A stretch of 63,969 bases of DNA, filler included, from Choristocarpus tenellus KU-1152 (lineage: Eukaryota; Protista; Phaeophyceae), in NCBI GenBank assembly GCA_964200185.2. It is 8 parts of 8 records of this genome, joined end to end, with 100 filler letters (N's around TTAATTAATTAA, not from the genome) between each part and the next. Parts side by side here need not be neighbours in the genome. Positions count along the whole stretch, not along the records: positions 21,303 to 28,512 come from CAXNAD020006527.1; positions 28,613 to 33,229 come from CAXNAD020013780.1; positions 33,330 to 41,085 come from CAXNAD020005632.1; 5 more parts are not named here. One strand, given 5' to 3'. The position numbers and the translations under genes are program-made. The notes beneath the pieces are model-generated. The model was not told the origin of the DNA. It ran no database searches and saw only the letters and a program-made list of their open reading frames with translations. Below are positions 25,210 through 38,500 of this stretch, one piece after another; within the stretch, counting starts at the first letter, position 1, and the number at the start of each line of letters is the position of its first letter.

Positions 25210-28195
25210 ATGGTCTTGGTATATTTCAGTGGTGTAATATGGCTTGTCATGCAGTTAACCATAATGGTGGGGCCAGTCTCAGGGTTCATGCCTGGGACGT
25301 TGATGAGGGGTGGTACACCAGTGGGAGTTGCTATACCAATGCGGATGGGCGCTGGAGTAGCATCTCCTCCCATGAAGCCACCAACTAAGAAGAAGCTTGG
25401 AGGAGGTGGTGGTGGAAGCTACTTCGTCAAGGAGCTGATGGACCAGGAGAGATTATCCGTAACCAGCAAGTGGAAGGCATGGGCAAAGGAGGATGGTCGA
25501 ATGAAGTTCAAGGAAACCATTAACATTCTCGACGAGATGGTGAGTAAGAGAAAGACTTGACGCTAGTACTGGTTGAACTCGGGGGCTCTGATGGAATCGT
25601 GATCGGTTTAGATTTTCCAGGGAGTAGTCAATAGATTCGTTATTCAACTTTTTTAATACTATGGACTGTCGTGTGAATTATCTTGCTGTAGGGAGTAGGT
25701 CAAGAAAACACAGTAGATTCTGTCGGGTATTGATATGTGTACTAGGTCTTTGAGTTGCTGCTTATAAATGTGGCTGATCTTTCGCCCAATACTCCCTTGC
25801 AACGGTTGATCGAAGACATGAACTCTATACGGAGAGGCACCAAGTGTTCTTGGTTGCTGCAACATGGTGTTTATACAGCTATGCTAGGAGAGAGATAGCC
25901 TTCGCTGTAAATTGCCTTCGCTTCAATCTCACTCAAAAGCACTTGCCCCGATGTATTGCACCACCTACACTACATCAGCAGTATGCCTCTTGTAGTGTCC
26001 GATTGACAAAAAAAAGCATCCTTAGCACATTATTTGCCGCACTCCCTTTCAGCCGTGGGCGTGAAATTGTTTTTAGCCTACCGATCTTCCAGAGTGTGGT
26101 AAGGCATGCCCATGAGGAAAGTAGTGTCTGGAGGGAGGTTTCCTTGAGCGCACTGCTTTTCTAGATAGCTGCATTCTAATACATCAATTTAGCGCATGCG
26201 CATTGCATGGCATTACTCGTCAGGACAAGGTTCTCTCCCAGGAATTATAATATGTCGCACATTCGCGTTTGTATTGAGCACTAGGAGAACACCAAATTAT
26301 GAAACATTTCTCATGGTGTGGCGGTAACTCCTGTTTCAGAAATTATTGCTCTTCAAGTATGGCGTTGATACAAGTGTAAACACGGAAATTAGAAAGCTTT
26401 TTGTTTAAAAAAAAAAAATCTACGAAATAAGTTTGGAAATTTAAAAGCAAAGAATGTTTTTAACAAATTATTTAAAAATAACCATTGTAGAGTAGTCCAG
26501 AAGGATCAGCGGTGGAGTGGAAGTCAAGTACGAAGTTGAGTAAGGACTGAATCATATTGTGGTTAATCCAACTGGTAGCACCAATGGTAACAGTCATGTT
26601 ACTATTGCAGCCGTCACGACCAATGGTGAGCAATGAGGAATGGGGTCTACTCGAAAGTTATACATTATTGGATGCATGTTTCAACTGATGGGCTAAAATC
26701 AATTCAGGTGATTACCCTCCCCTTGCAATTATTTTCAGTGCAGAGATGTTTGCTAATCATGGTATGCACATTGCCCCAGAGTTTACTTTTTCTGAGATTT
26801 TTCTGTTGTGCCCTTCACCTGTAGCCCAATCACTTCATTTTCTTACTTTTGATTTTTTTTAAGGGTTCGATTCTGGCATTTCTCGTTGACTGCCACACTC
26901 TAATATTATGTGATCCTTATTGCTGTTAATCAATTGACTGGCTCTTGCAAACTCCAACACCTTTGCAGAATTATCTCAACACGCAAGCTTTGCTTGCTGT
27001 ACATCTCACGGTATATGTCCCTCTGGTAAACCTCCACAGGACATTAGAGTTATCATTTGGATAGTAGTTTATTGAAGTATAATTTGCAGGATGCAACCAA
27101 CCCAACTCATTAAACATTACTTATGGGTACAAAAGGAGAGGCATGTCTGACAATGATAATGTAATGTGATTATATTTTACACATACATTGGGGTTGATGC
27201 CTCCCACAATGTTGGACCCCCCCTCCAAGGTGTATGGGAAGCCACAAAGAGGTACATGCATGATCAGGAACACCCTGCAGACCTATATTAATATATATAT
27301 ATATATATACGTGCCCTGTATTTCTCATCATAGAAGGCATTTGAAGTGGGATTGATGCTGTCTGTATATAGATGCAGTTACAGGCATGTCTCCGGTACAC
27401 ATAAGTGCAAGGGTGTCATATTTGAAGTGGTTCCGTTGACTGTAATGGGTCTTATGAAGATTTGGCTGCACCAACCTCTTGCGTCAGGAATCCCTCTGCT
27501 GCCTGCGAATTTGTATTTCTATGTTTTGATTGTGAAGTGGCTTGTCTGGCCTGACATCTGTATGTTTTGTAGGGTTTGACATGTGAGGTTGGCAGAGGTG
27601 AGTGTGTTGTTGTGAAGTTGTGTTTCAGGTGCAATGTTTATCTTCTCAAGGTCAATTTGATGGTGTTCGCTTGTAGGAGTTTGTGTTATTTTTTGTGCAT
27701 TGGTTGTATTGGTTGTACATCTAGGTGGTGTTTGAGAATACGCTCCTGTGGTACCAGTTGGGTGTCAACCGTACATGTCAACCCTATCCAAGAAACTGCA
27801 TCTACAATCACAAGAAAGGAGATAGTGGGCTGATTGTTTCGATATATACCTACAGCCATTAAATTTGTACTCATGCTCCGAAATGAAAAGGTCTCTTCTG
27901 GAAACACCTATGCCACTGTATCTCCAGTTATCCATAATAGATGTGAATATATAGTAGTAGAAACGCCATGGTCACAGATGTTTGGTGTGTACCCTCCCTT
28001 CTCCATGTGCATATTAAGCCCATGCACCCCATCCACCTAGTTTGCCTGGTGTTATTTACACAAACCATTTCCATCCCCTCCTTGCCATCTCTTTTCAAGA
28101 TCCCGTGGAAGACCGGAGTTATTGCTCAGCGAAAGAGGCGGTTTACACTGGCCTGCTGCAAGGGCTCCTCCATTTACGCGATTGCATGCCTGGAG
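25210..28195 (+). CDS. Probable plastid-targeted protein, unknown function (exons 25210-25539 and 28100-28195; 3' incomplete)
   Basis: Hydrophobic N-terminus MVLVYFSGVIWLVMQLTIMVGPVSG|FMPG (signal peptide + Phe, ASAFAP-like). The donor ATG|gtgagt joins in phase 0 to ttttcaag|IPWKTGVIAQRKRRFTLACCKGSSIYAIACLE|gtgggc. Confidence 0.65.
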
Positions 28196-28428
28196 GTGGG
28201 CCCAAGCAATGAAAGCGTTCAGAGCTTCTTCTCACAGGATGCATTAATGTCGCTGAACCTCATGGCTGTTAACCCCGTGTCTCCCAAGGTCAAGGCTGGG
28301 ACGTTCCTCTTGAAAGAGGCAAGTATCTGGACTGTGGTAGTGGTATCTCTTTTTTGGAAAGAAGATTTGCGTTTCCATCCCTTGGCACCCTGTGGTTTGC
28401 CTGCCGTATCCTTCCATCTCTTTTCAAG

Positions 28429-28512
28429 ATCCCGTGGAAGACCGGAGTTGTTGCTCAGCGAAAGAGGCGGTTTACACTGGCCTGCTGCAAGGGCTCCTCC
28501 ATTTACGCGATT
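28429..28512 (+). repeat. Second copy of exon 28100-28195 with its acceptor
   Basis: ccatctcttttcaag-ATCCCGTGG...TACGCGATT repeated 329 bp downstream with one visible change (ATT->GTT, I->V). Truncated by the contig end. Confidence 0.9.
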
Positions 28513-31500
28513 NNNNNNNNNNNNNNNNNNNNNNNNNNNNNNNNNNNNNNNNNNNNTTAATTAATTAANNNNNNNNNNNNNNNNNNNNNNNNNNNNNNNN
28601 NNNNNNNNNNNNCCTCTCCCCCCCTTTTTTTTTTTTACAAGCTTGGATTGTTGTGGGGGGAGGGGGACACGGCGGTGGGTCTCACTTTTGGTTTCCCTGG
28701 GCAGGGTGAAGGAGCGCAGGGGACTTGGACTTGGACTTGGACTTGGACTTGATTTGTAGAATCCATGCCATTTGATCGCCCAAGGAGTGTAAGGGACAGA
28801 CCTGCGATATAGATTAGGATTTGATAGGAGGAGGCCGGCCTATGGTGGCTTGCATCCACCCTCATCCTGTGGCACCATGAGGGGGAGAGGGACAGGCATA
28901 GCGCGGGGGCGTTTGTGGCCTTCTCTATTGATATAACAGAGATTGTGCATTAACTAACGTTTGTCAAAAGGGCAACGACTCTTGATATCCTTCATTACCA
29001 ATTCCATGCTTGCCTGTGCATGCCAAAATAAAACCAATACCCACACTGTATGGTCTGAGGTACCTGAGGACAGCTGCAATTATCCACTGCTCCACTGAAA
29101 CCAATACCCACAATCATCTATGCCATGAGCTTATACAATTATCCGCCGCTCCCCTGAAACTGATACCTACTACAATCTATGTCATTAGCTTACTCTTCCT
29201 CTCTCCCCGTGTCTTGTGTGTGTGTGTGTGTGTGTGTGTTTGCATCCTTTTCCCAGAGGGTACCCGAGGTGCGGTGGCGGTACATGGAAGAAAGGTTTTG
29301 GCATTAACAGCATCAGCAAAGCACCAATAAATGTGTATGTTATTCAGTAAATGTTTTTGTCCTGCGGAGAGGTTGGTTGTTAGGGTTAGTGTTAAGTATG
29401 AGAGGACGAGGTGCTGTGCCCACATGTTCATGGACGTTACTGTGTGTGGTGAGTTGAAGAGATTCAAATTGATGCAAGAAATATTAATGTCTCTGTACAC
29501 CCTCCTCTTGAACCCAAGGTGAAGATGGTTAGGAAGGTACGAGATGAGGTTCTGCAGCCTTGATTTTGAATGTGTGTGTGCTAGGTTTTGTAAAACCGGG
29601 GGGTTGAGGGCTTGTTGTCTTGATGCGGGGCCTGAACTTGAGTGTGAAGGGATGTCAGATTCCCCTCATCATATTGTGTGAAGGTTCCAATCATCCTCTT
29701 AAGCGTTTTTTTGATTGATGGTTGCACTTCGAATGACCAGTTCATTAGAAACAGAGCCTTAACTCACACAATAGCAATCGTGGAGGTCATCTGGTACTTT
29801 TCACATCATTGATGAGATTCTCAAGACTGTCCACCATATCCGATCAGTAGATTCATGACTGATTCTACCCTTCTTCACTCAAGATTCAACCACCGGTGGT
29901 GTCCGTAGTGCTACCACCTCTCCCTTCCCCAGAATAAACCATGCGCTAGTGCGTCCTTCTCAAACAAAGAAAATAAAAAAATAATATCCTTCAAGCGGTG
30001 CTTTGGTTCAAACAGTCAACGAAAAGGTGAGTTCCTTGGATCTCAGTATCTTGACAAAGTATCATCCATCCCTTCGTTCTGACATCAGTGAACACTCATT
30101 GTCAATTTGTGTCGCTGTATGGGGGGGGGTCCTTAAACCTCAGCTGTATTCAAAAAACTGTTCTAATCACAATCCCTGTGGGAATACTCTAATCAGACTT
30201 GAACTTTTCTTTTCTTGGTTGGACCTTGGAAATCGAAATGACGAGCATAGCGATCTTCTAGTGCACTCAACCAAGATAACACACAGTAATAAAAAAACAC
30301 CCCTTCTCCTTCACCAGTATGAGTCTCGCTTGAACTCAGTAACATATATCTCGGCTATATCAATCATCTCCAGCCATCATCGCAAAACAAAAAGATTAAA
30401 AAGCATATACATGGGTATTTGCTCCCGTCTTGTGAGTGCCTGGAAGCAATTTGGAGAGTTACAGATAATGCTTGACTATGATGCTGTGAGTGTCCATGTG
30501 GATGAGCATCAGGGGTGACTGAGTTGCAACTGCAAAGGAACAGGTCCCTCTCTAACCTCCCCTGCACTTCTATACCACGTTCATGCCAATCTTCTACAGC
30601 CCTTACCCTAAGCTCAAAGAGACCCCCCTTACAGATCCTGCTACCACTATAATTCAATTCAATGTTCATCCATTAATATTCGTAATTGTAGTTGCGACTG
30701 AGGAGTCGAGAGCCAAGGCCCTGTCAATCAACCCCCCGAAATGTCAAGATTCATGCCACCAAGTCCCTAGTTATCAATCAATCCCTTACACACACGACAA
30801 TAGTCTGATTTGCACCAAACAGTAGCATATATTTTCGTGATGTTGTGTGTGAACCACAACCGGCTCTTGTCTATGGGTAACAAACACATGGAGTATGAAC
30901 ATACAAATGTACCCACCCCTACATCATTACCCATAATAGGTTGTCGATCCCTCTATCTGTTAGCATTGAGCCTCAGATCCCACTCCTTCCTAAAACAACT
31001 TAAGGCAGTGCATCACTGAATCTCTGAATAAGACGACATCATCCCTCCCACCTCCCGTCAGTAACCTTTTCCTCCAGCCTCACACATCTCACTTAACCAG
31101 AAGAAATTCTCGTGGCACAACATGAGATGGATAGGACTGACGATCTTTTGCCCCTACCGACATACGCAATTGCTTGCTAACTGAGAGTGCCCTGCCTCCA
31201 CTCCGCCCTGTTCAGGAAAAACAACGACAAAAAAATTGTTGCTCATTATGTAGTAGGGGGGCGCTCCAGGATGCATCCTCCTCCTGCCCTCCTGTCCCCC
31301 TCTCCGTTACTCTATATACATCAATAACATCGATCGATGTGGCACTACTTCGATTTTATGTATGCCATGCTGCATTTTTCATAGTGGTACCAATTGGGAG
31401 TAACCACAGCACACAAAAAAGCTCCTACTACTACCAACTTCTTCACTTTCCCTGTTCAACCAACCACGTATTACATCATCCTCCCCATCACCAGTCGTCT

Positions 31501-33749
31501 CGTTCTCCCCTGGAGGATACAACTATGAGGTAGATGCATCATCTATGCCTCTGATTACACCAAAAAGAACGGATGTTCTACTTTTCCAAAAACGCAATGT
31601 TCTCCTACACCCGAAACAAAACTTGAGGGGAACAAAAATTGCCAGAAGTTTCTTCTTCTAATCACAGGTCAGTGACAGCCACCTAAGCCTACACAGGCAA
31701 ACAGTTGCAAGCATGGCAACAAGGCACAGATCAATCAAATCAAGTATTCATTTTCCTGCAGGATACGGACAGGCGGAGCCTCTCAGCAAATGACTCTCAC
31801 TTCTCCCCATCCCAAATCCATACCACTGCAACCATAGACCTGAAATGATTCGTACCGCTTCCAAAAGGCTCACCAACATTATGGTAAGGAGGCAACACAA
31901 AAAAACATCTTGATGACGCGTCCTCTCACAGTACAAGCTTCTACAAGCAAAATCGCCTTCCGGCATTGCTTGAAAGAGCGGTTACTGCGCAATTGGTCTG
32001 AAGCAGGTGGGGGGTGGGGCTCCTCACCTGACTCACAACCTTTGCGGAAATTAAAGTCCGTGATAGGACACTGCGTATCATACATTTATGTACTATTTGT
32101 AGTGCTGGTATCGCTATCAGGCTTCAATTCAAACGTAACGGAATGGGCTCCAAAGGCATGCATGAAGACAAGTGCTCAAGATCGATCCTGGGTCCTATGG
32201 TCTATCACCCACCCAAGCATCGCTCTGCCAGTCTCAATTACCTCTGATGGCTCAATATATCTCCCCACTCCCCGATGCAGCAGCATCCCTCTACTCAATG
32301 CGTCCTCTTCTCTTCCAACCCGCACAAGAACTAAATCCAGCAAGGCCATGCGCAGGCCTCGAAAAGTTGATGATCGTATACTATTCCAGCAAATGGACCA
32401 AACGCGCCGTCAATTACACTAAGGAGTATTGTTGTTTTGGAGAACAAATCGTTCGAAGTGTGACCGAGCAGCATCGATGTTAAGTTGCGTAGTCGCTGGA
32501 CACACCATGGGGTTGCTCGTGATCACCATGATATACGTATTCTTTGTGAAGACGCTTATGGATGCAGAGAATCGGGAATTCCTGACCTGAAGGATTCCGG
32601 GGTGGCACAGAAGTTTTTGATCACAAGGCAAGGGGCACCACCACGAACAAACGCGATATCAAAATATCAAAACATCGAGAAAATCATCGTCACCAGGAAC
32701 AAGAAATAAGTAGAAGTGAAACTGTTAGTAGCATTTGTACCGACCAATCTGAAAAAAAAGGGTGAAGAAACTCCATCAATTTTGACACAACATAGAGAGA
32801 CAGCGAAGTGGATGGGATGTGATGACAACATAATTACCTGAAAACTCCAACGGTACAAATCACACCGCCATACTAAGCGGGTATAATAATAAGTATTTAT
32901 TATTATTATTATGCCCCTATAAATATTTAGTCAGTAGGAATCTCCAACTTCTTCGGAAAACGAGGAGCATCACACAAAAACGTAGATACTGTGGGCAGGT
33001 AAGCATGTGCAGTGGGGTGGGAGGTTATAGCAGGAGAGGGGCCATGAAGTCACGCTTACGACAGATGGTGTTCCGTTCCTACACAAGTGGCTCTCTCGAC
33101 ACGCGTCAAGTATTTCAACCTAGAATCACCAGTCAGATGGGCAAGGAGGGGCCTGTCAGATTCTGGTGATGATTCTCTAGATCCTCGCCCACTTTTGGAG
33201 GGCTATAAGACCCAAAGTATCTGGGAGGGNNNNNNNNNNNNNNNNNNNNNNNNNNNNNNNNNNNNNNNNNNNNTTAATTAATTAANNNNNNNNNNNNNNN
33301 NNNNNNNNNNNNNNNNNNNNNNNNNNNNNTGTTTTCAGAAAAAAAGAGGACAGTGGCATCCCGCCCCCCCCCCCCCCCCCCCCAGATAGTTTGGGTCATA
33401 GTCAATTAATTTAGTGTTCTATTTTGTCCCGTCTGGCAAGATAAAAGATCACTTCGATTTCAGGCTTCAGATGAGCAGGACCGGTGCAGCAGAGATGCGA
33501 CCCAGTGAAGCCTAGAAATGAATTCATGACAAGCACTCACTGCGTTGTAAGGGGGGCATGGTCGTGGGTAACTTAACGCCTACCTCCTCTCAGTCCTCCT
33601 CTCAGTGAATGGACTGTACGGTATCTTTGCTCTTCTTTCTGCCTTTTAATATTATTTTTTATTTATATTCCAAAGATTTGGAAAGCGGGAAGGCGTGTGT
33701 ACTTCTTAGTGTTGTTATTGATATTATTATTATTATTGCTGTTGTTGTT

Positions 33750-34030
33750 GAGTGAAAGTCTCTTAGTAAGAGAGGGTACGAGTTTTTTTTTCCGCTGTTT
33801 GTCCATTTGGGGGCTTGGCTTTCCATGGTCTTTTTTTTTTTAATGACATTTTACCTACTCCGAAATATTTCTGAGTAGTTAAAGTGTATATGTTATGAAA
33901 AGGTGTGTCCGGAACAAGGATATTGACACTTCCTAACAAACACGATAGCAAAGATTGCATCAAAATTGCAACATTGGATTTTGGGTCCCAAATGGACGCG
34001 GCTCTACCCCCTAGTAAGATACTTTGGATC
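33750..34030 (-). mobile_element. MITE subfamily C, copy 1
   Basis: Reverse-complement homolog of 40036-40294. The ORF track shows matching LGSVNILVxDTPFHN text. Confidence 0.8.
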
Positions 34031-34239
34031 TGTTTGTCCTGATTGATTTCTGGTCAAGACAAGTAGATGTGAAAGAACAGTATTTTCATTGTACTGATGG
34101 CATTCTATTCAATTTCGAATTAGTTTTTTTTTTTTGTCTTTTGTCCTCAAATGCACAGTCTGTGCCGCTTACTTTGTTTTGATGAAATTTATGAACTTTT
34201 CTTTTTTTTCATTGTATAGATGGTCTGTTAGACTTCAAA

Positions 34240-34575
34240 GTAGTTTTAAATACACTGTATGTATGTATTGTTCTCAAATGCACTATACTGTATATATATG
34301 TTCTGAAATGCACTATACTGTATGTATGTATTGTTCTCAAATGCACTATACTGTATGTATTTGTTCTCAAATGCACTATACTGTATATATATGTTCTCAA
34401 ATACACAATACTGTATATATATATGTTCTCAAATGCACTATACTGTATATATATATTGTTCTCAAATGCACTATACTGTATATATGTATGTTCTCAAATG
34501 CACTATACCCTATATATACATGTTCTCAAATGCACTATACTGTATACATACATTGTTCTCAAATGCACTGTCTGT
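34240..34575 (+). repeat. ~30-bp minisatellite, about 10 copies
   Basis: Unit tgttctcaaatgcactatactgtat(at/gt)n. Confidence 0.95.
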
Positions 34576-35159
34576 ATTGCTGTTGATTGGTTGGGATATT
34601 ATTGTTACCTTTGATGATTGTGCATTCCAAGACCTCTTCTACATTGGCGGCCCAGTAGTGCTGGTGACAAATCACAAATGCTCCCCGGGCGCTGTGTTTT
34701 TTTTTCCTTGGACTGTACTTGTTTTTTTTTTATTGGAAATTGCGAGGAAGTAGCTATATTGGTTCGATTTGATTGGTTGACATGCACTGGTTGGTTTGAT
34801 TTGATTGGTTAACACACACTGGTGATCGAACAGTCAGGTTTGGCAAACCCTAACCCTAACCCTACCATGTACGGTATTTCCTTCAAAGTGTAATTAAATA
34901 ATGAAAGAAGTCTTAACAGTTACATACAGCCAGTGAAGATTCTGGCACTGGCTATATGCGTGTTTTGTGATTTGTAAAGGTTAGTTCTGGGCCGTCTATA
35001 GAAGCAGACTTGTAATCCTGCGTATGTTTGGAATGGTCTTGTTATGAGGGTTAACAAAAAAAATTGGTCACATTTGAAGTTCGTTTGCCTGAGATTTTGG
35101 TTTGATTTACTCTTTTTTTATATTTTGGGTTTTAATCGTGTTTTGTTTCACTTTCTTGA

Positions 35160-35470
35160 TATATATACATACATAGAGACAGACAGACATACAGACATAC
35201 ATACATACATACATAAAGACATATACATACACACACATACATACAGACATACAGACATACATACATACATACATAAATACATACATACATAAAGACATAC
35301 ACACACACACACATACATATACATACATATATACAGACAGACATAGTACATACATACATACACACACATACATACATACATACAATACATACATAGTACA
35401 TAGTACATAAATACATACATAGACACACATACATACATACAATACATACATAGTACATAGTACATACATA
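35160..35470 (+). repeat. Compound (TACA)n/(CA)n microsatellite
   Basis: Directly visible. Confidence 0.95.
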
Positions 35471-35541
35471 TAAAAACGAGATGTAACCTGAAACACCCTG
35501 ATTTGCAACCCTGCCCAATTGATATTGTGGGATACCCCCAG

Positions 35542-38500
35542 AGGGTGTCGAAATCAGGGGGCGCAGGCTCAGGCTCAATGGCAGGCGGATATGGTTCTGA
35601 AAAAGGCTCCGCCGCTTCAGAGGTGGGTGATGGAGATGGACAGGTATCGGTGATCGACCTGTCAGATAGAGCCAGTGCAATGAGGGAAAGAAAGAGCCGG
35701 TTCTTCACGCCTCCGGTTGTATTGAAGAGAGGTTAGTCGCTAACAAGCTATCAAGTCGGTGTACGCGTTTGTTCATTTTTCGTTCTGTACTTCATTTTAT
35801 TTTATTTTATTTTCATTTTTAAGATTAAAATTTTTGTACTTGGGAACCAAATCCTGTGTGTTTCAAATAAATTTAGATTTTTTTTTTTAGTAATTAGCAT
35901 TTACAAAAAAATAAATAAAAGCGTAGAGTGCGTATGTACTGAAGGTGTGTGTGTGTGTGTGTGTGTGTGTTATCTAAAAAGAATTGCAATGATTGGGTGA
36001 TAGAGTGAAAAAAAAAATCTTGTTCAATATATATATATATATATATTTATTTTTTTGAAGAGATGCGTGATATTGGTGAATGTTTATAATGTAAATAATA
36101 ATAATAATAATAATGCTATGTGATAGTATTCATGCAATCGCCATGCACTGGTCATAATGGGGACATGTTAACAACAGCAACAATTTGTTGTCTATGAAGC
36201 TCTGATTATTCCCCCGCGTCTTTTTTTTTTACCATTTTAATTTTTTTTTTTCAAGTATATAATTATTTGCGTTGGACATTCGACCACCTCCCCCTTGTCC
36301 GTCCCCTGTCAGTTGGTACAATTGTTCTGATATCAGTCAGAACCATTTAATACAATAAAATCGACTGATATTAGTTTTGCTTGAGCATGAATAATATCAT
36401 TCCTATTTTTATTCTATTTTATTTTCCCCTATCATAATTCACATTTTATTATTTTTGTATTATTATTTTGTGTACACAGTACCAGATTGCATGCATGCAC
36501 TGAACTAACCGCTGTTGCTTCAAATTTTGGTGGAATTATCTTAGAAATTTCTTTTCCGGTTGTTATATATATGCGAATGAAGCAAATTCCTTACTTTTTT
36601 TGTTCCTTTTTTTTTGTAACAGGCTCGTTTAAATTTTTGTTCTCGTTTGACTTTGGATCGTGTACTATTTGCAGGCAAAGGCTTTTCGGTGAGGATTTTG
36701 TGAGTTGACAGGGGAATTTTTAGAACGAATGGTGCAGTTGCACATTTATTTATTTTAATTGTGGAGATACGACCAATCAGTGGGTTTCGCGTACCATGCT
36801 CTTGACTTTCTTTTTTTTTTGCAAGAGATGTGAGTTGACTCTTTCTTTTTTTTTGAAAATGTTGCGGTTCATAATAGTGAACATCAATATGTATATATAT
36901 ATATATATTCATGTTTTATTTTGTTTTTTTTCCTGTGTGTTATTTTATTGACTTTTTCAGGGGGTAAAAAGTAGGTAGAAACAAACTTAGTACTTGAAAA
37001 GGTACTTGTTTTTACAAGAACTTAAGGGGATAGCAGAGACAATGTGAGTGTGAGTGTGTGTGTGTGTATGTGTTTGATGTGCAAGGAGGAAGTTTGCTAA
37101 AAATAAATTCTAGTTTGAATTTAGGTTTGTGTTCTAATATTTGTAAGTTGTGGATCCTCTGTTCAGGATCAGTTTAAACAGTTTGCGGGTTAGGGTTAGG
37201 GTTAGGGTATGAATGCACGATAATGAATCAGATGTTCATTTTCTTGGCGGGGGGCTTGCAAAAAAATAATGTCACGAGGTTATACCCTAGAATGAAAAAA
37301 AAATCGAAAAATAAAGCCAGTGAGATCCGAAAAATTATTCTACCTAACCCATGCCCCACCCCCCGCTTGTAAAGCCGCAATAGACGCCTTCCTGATGTTA
37401 CATTTTTTTCTCATCCAGAAGCTGTTTGAACTGGTGCTGAACCTAGAAAGAGGGAGTGGTGTTGTGGAACTCTCTAATGATTCACTGCTTTTTGTGTTGG
37501 GAAAGTTTGTAGCCACTGTGAGCGTTATGTATGTGGTTGGGAAATTGATCGGAAGGGTTATTATGAAAAGTGTATTGCGTTTGATTTCAGTCGCTTTTCA
37601 TTGGTCGATTATAATTTATTTATAATTTATTTACGATCGACCAATGAGAGAGGCAGTGATTCCAAGACACATGTGAGGGCGGTTCATTTCTATTGGTTAA
37701 ACTTGGAGTATTGAGTATCGTCGGCCAATCAGATCAGAGGAGTGATTCAATTTGTGTTATGTGGGGGCAGTTCAGTTACAGCTTGGATAAGAATTCGAAC
37801 ACTATCTGCTGCAGAAACCTCCTGACTTGAAGGATTGCGATAGCGCATCGAAGTGAAGGCCCGTTTTAATTTTTTTTTTTTTTTGCTTTTTGTTGAGACC
37901 GGCTCTAGTGTGACTAAATTTAGAGACAGTTCACATTTTTCTCCTTTTAACCTACCTACATGACGTAGCTCATGCATGCGCAACCCTCATCTACCCTAAC
38001 ACTAAGATGAATGCGCTTGCCCATTGAGTTTAGTGTTAGGGTTAGGGTTAAGCCCTCAGTCCTGACATCCCTTTTCTAAATGTTAGGTTAGGATTAGGGT
38101 TAAGCCCTCAGTCCTGAGATCCCTTTCTAACTGTTAGGGTTAGGGTTAGGGTTAGGGTTAGTCCAGTTATGCTTGCGCAGGTGCTGTTGATTGCACCAAT
38201 ATTGTAGGGAAGCGACTCAGGAAAAATTTCTCGGAAAGTTCTCGGAAAGATCCCGGAAAGGATGAGTAGTACTGTTGGAAGCGGAAGAGTGCATGTGTCG
38301 AATGCTGATTTCAGTCATCAACCCACATTCCATATGGAATTGGGTAAGCCATCTCTAAAGGGAATATAAGGTGGTGGTTGGGGTTGGGGTTAGGATTGGG
38401 GTTAGGGTTAGGGTTAGGGTTTGGCGTATTTAAGAAGACTACTTCGAGAGTAGCTTGGTTTTAAGAATAGTATATTTATTTATTTATTATTTTGCTGAGG

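Noticed and set aside
34240-34575. CRISPR-like array
   Set aside because: Linkers are 4-9-nt low-complexity AT/GT rather than unique spacers, there are no cas genes, and the context is eukaryotic.
35044-35500. ORFs rich in CMYV/HTYI
   Set aside because: Translations of the (TACA)n microsatellite.
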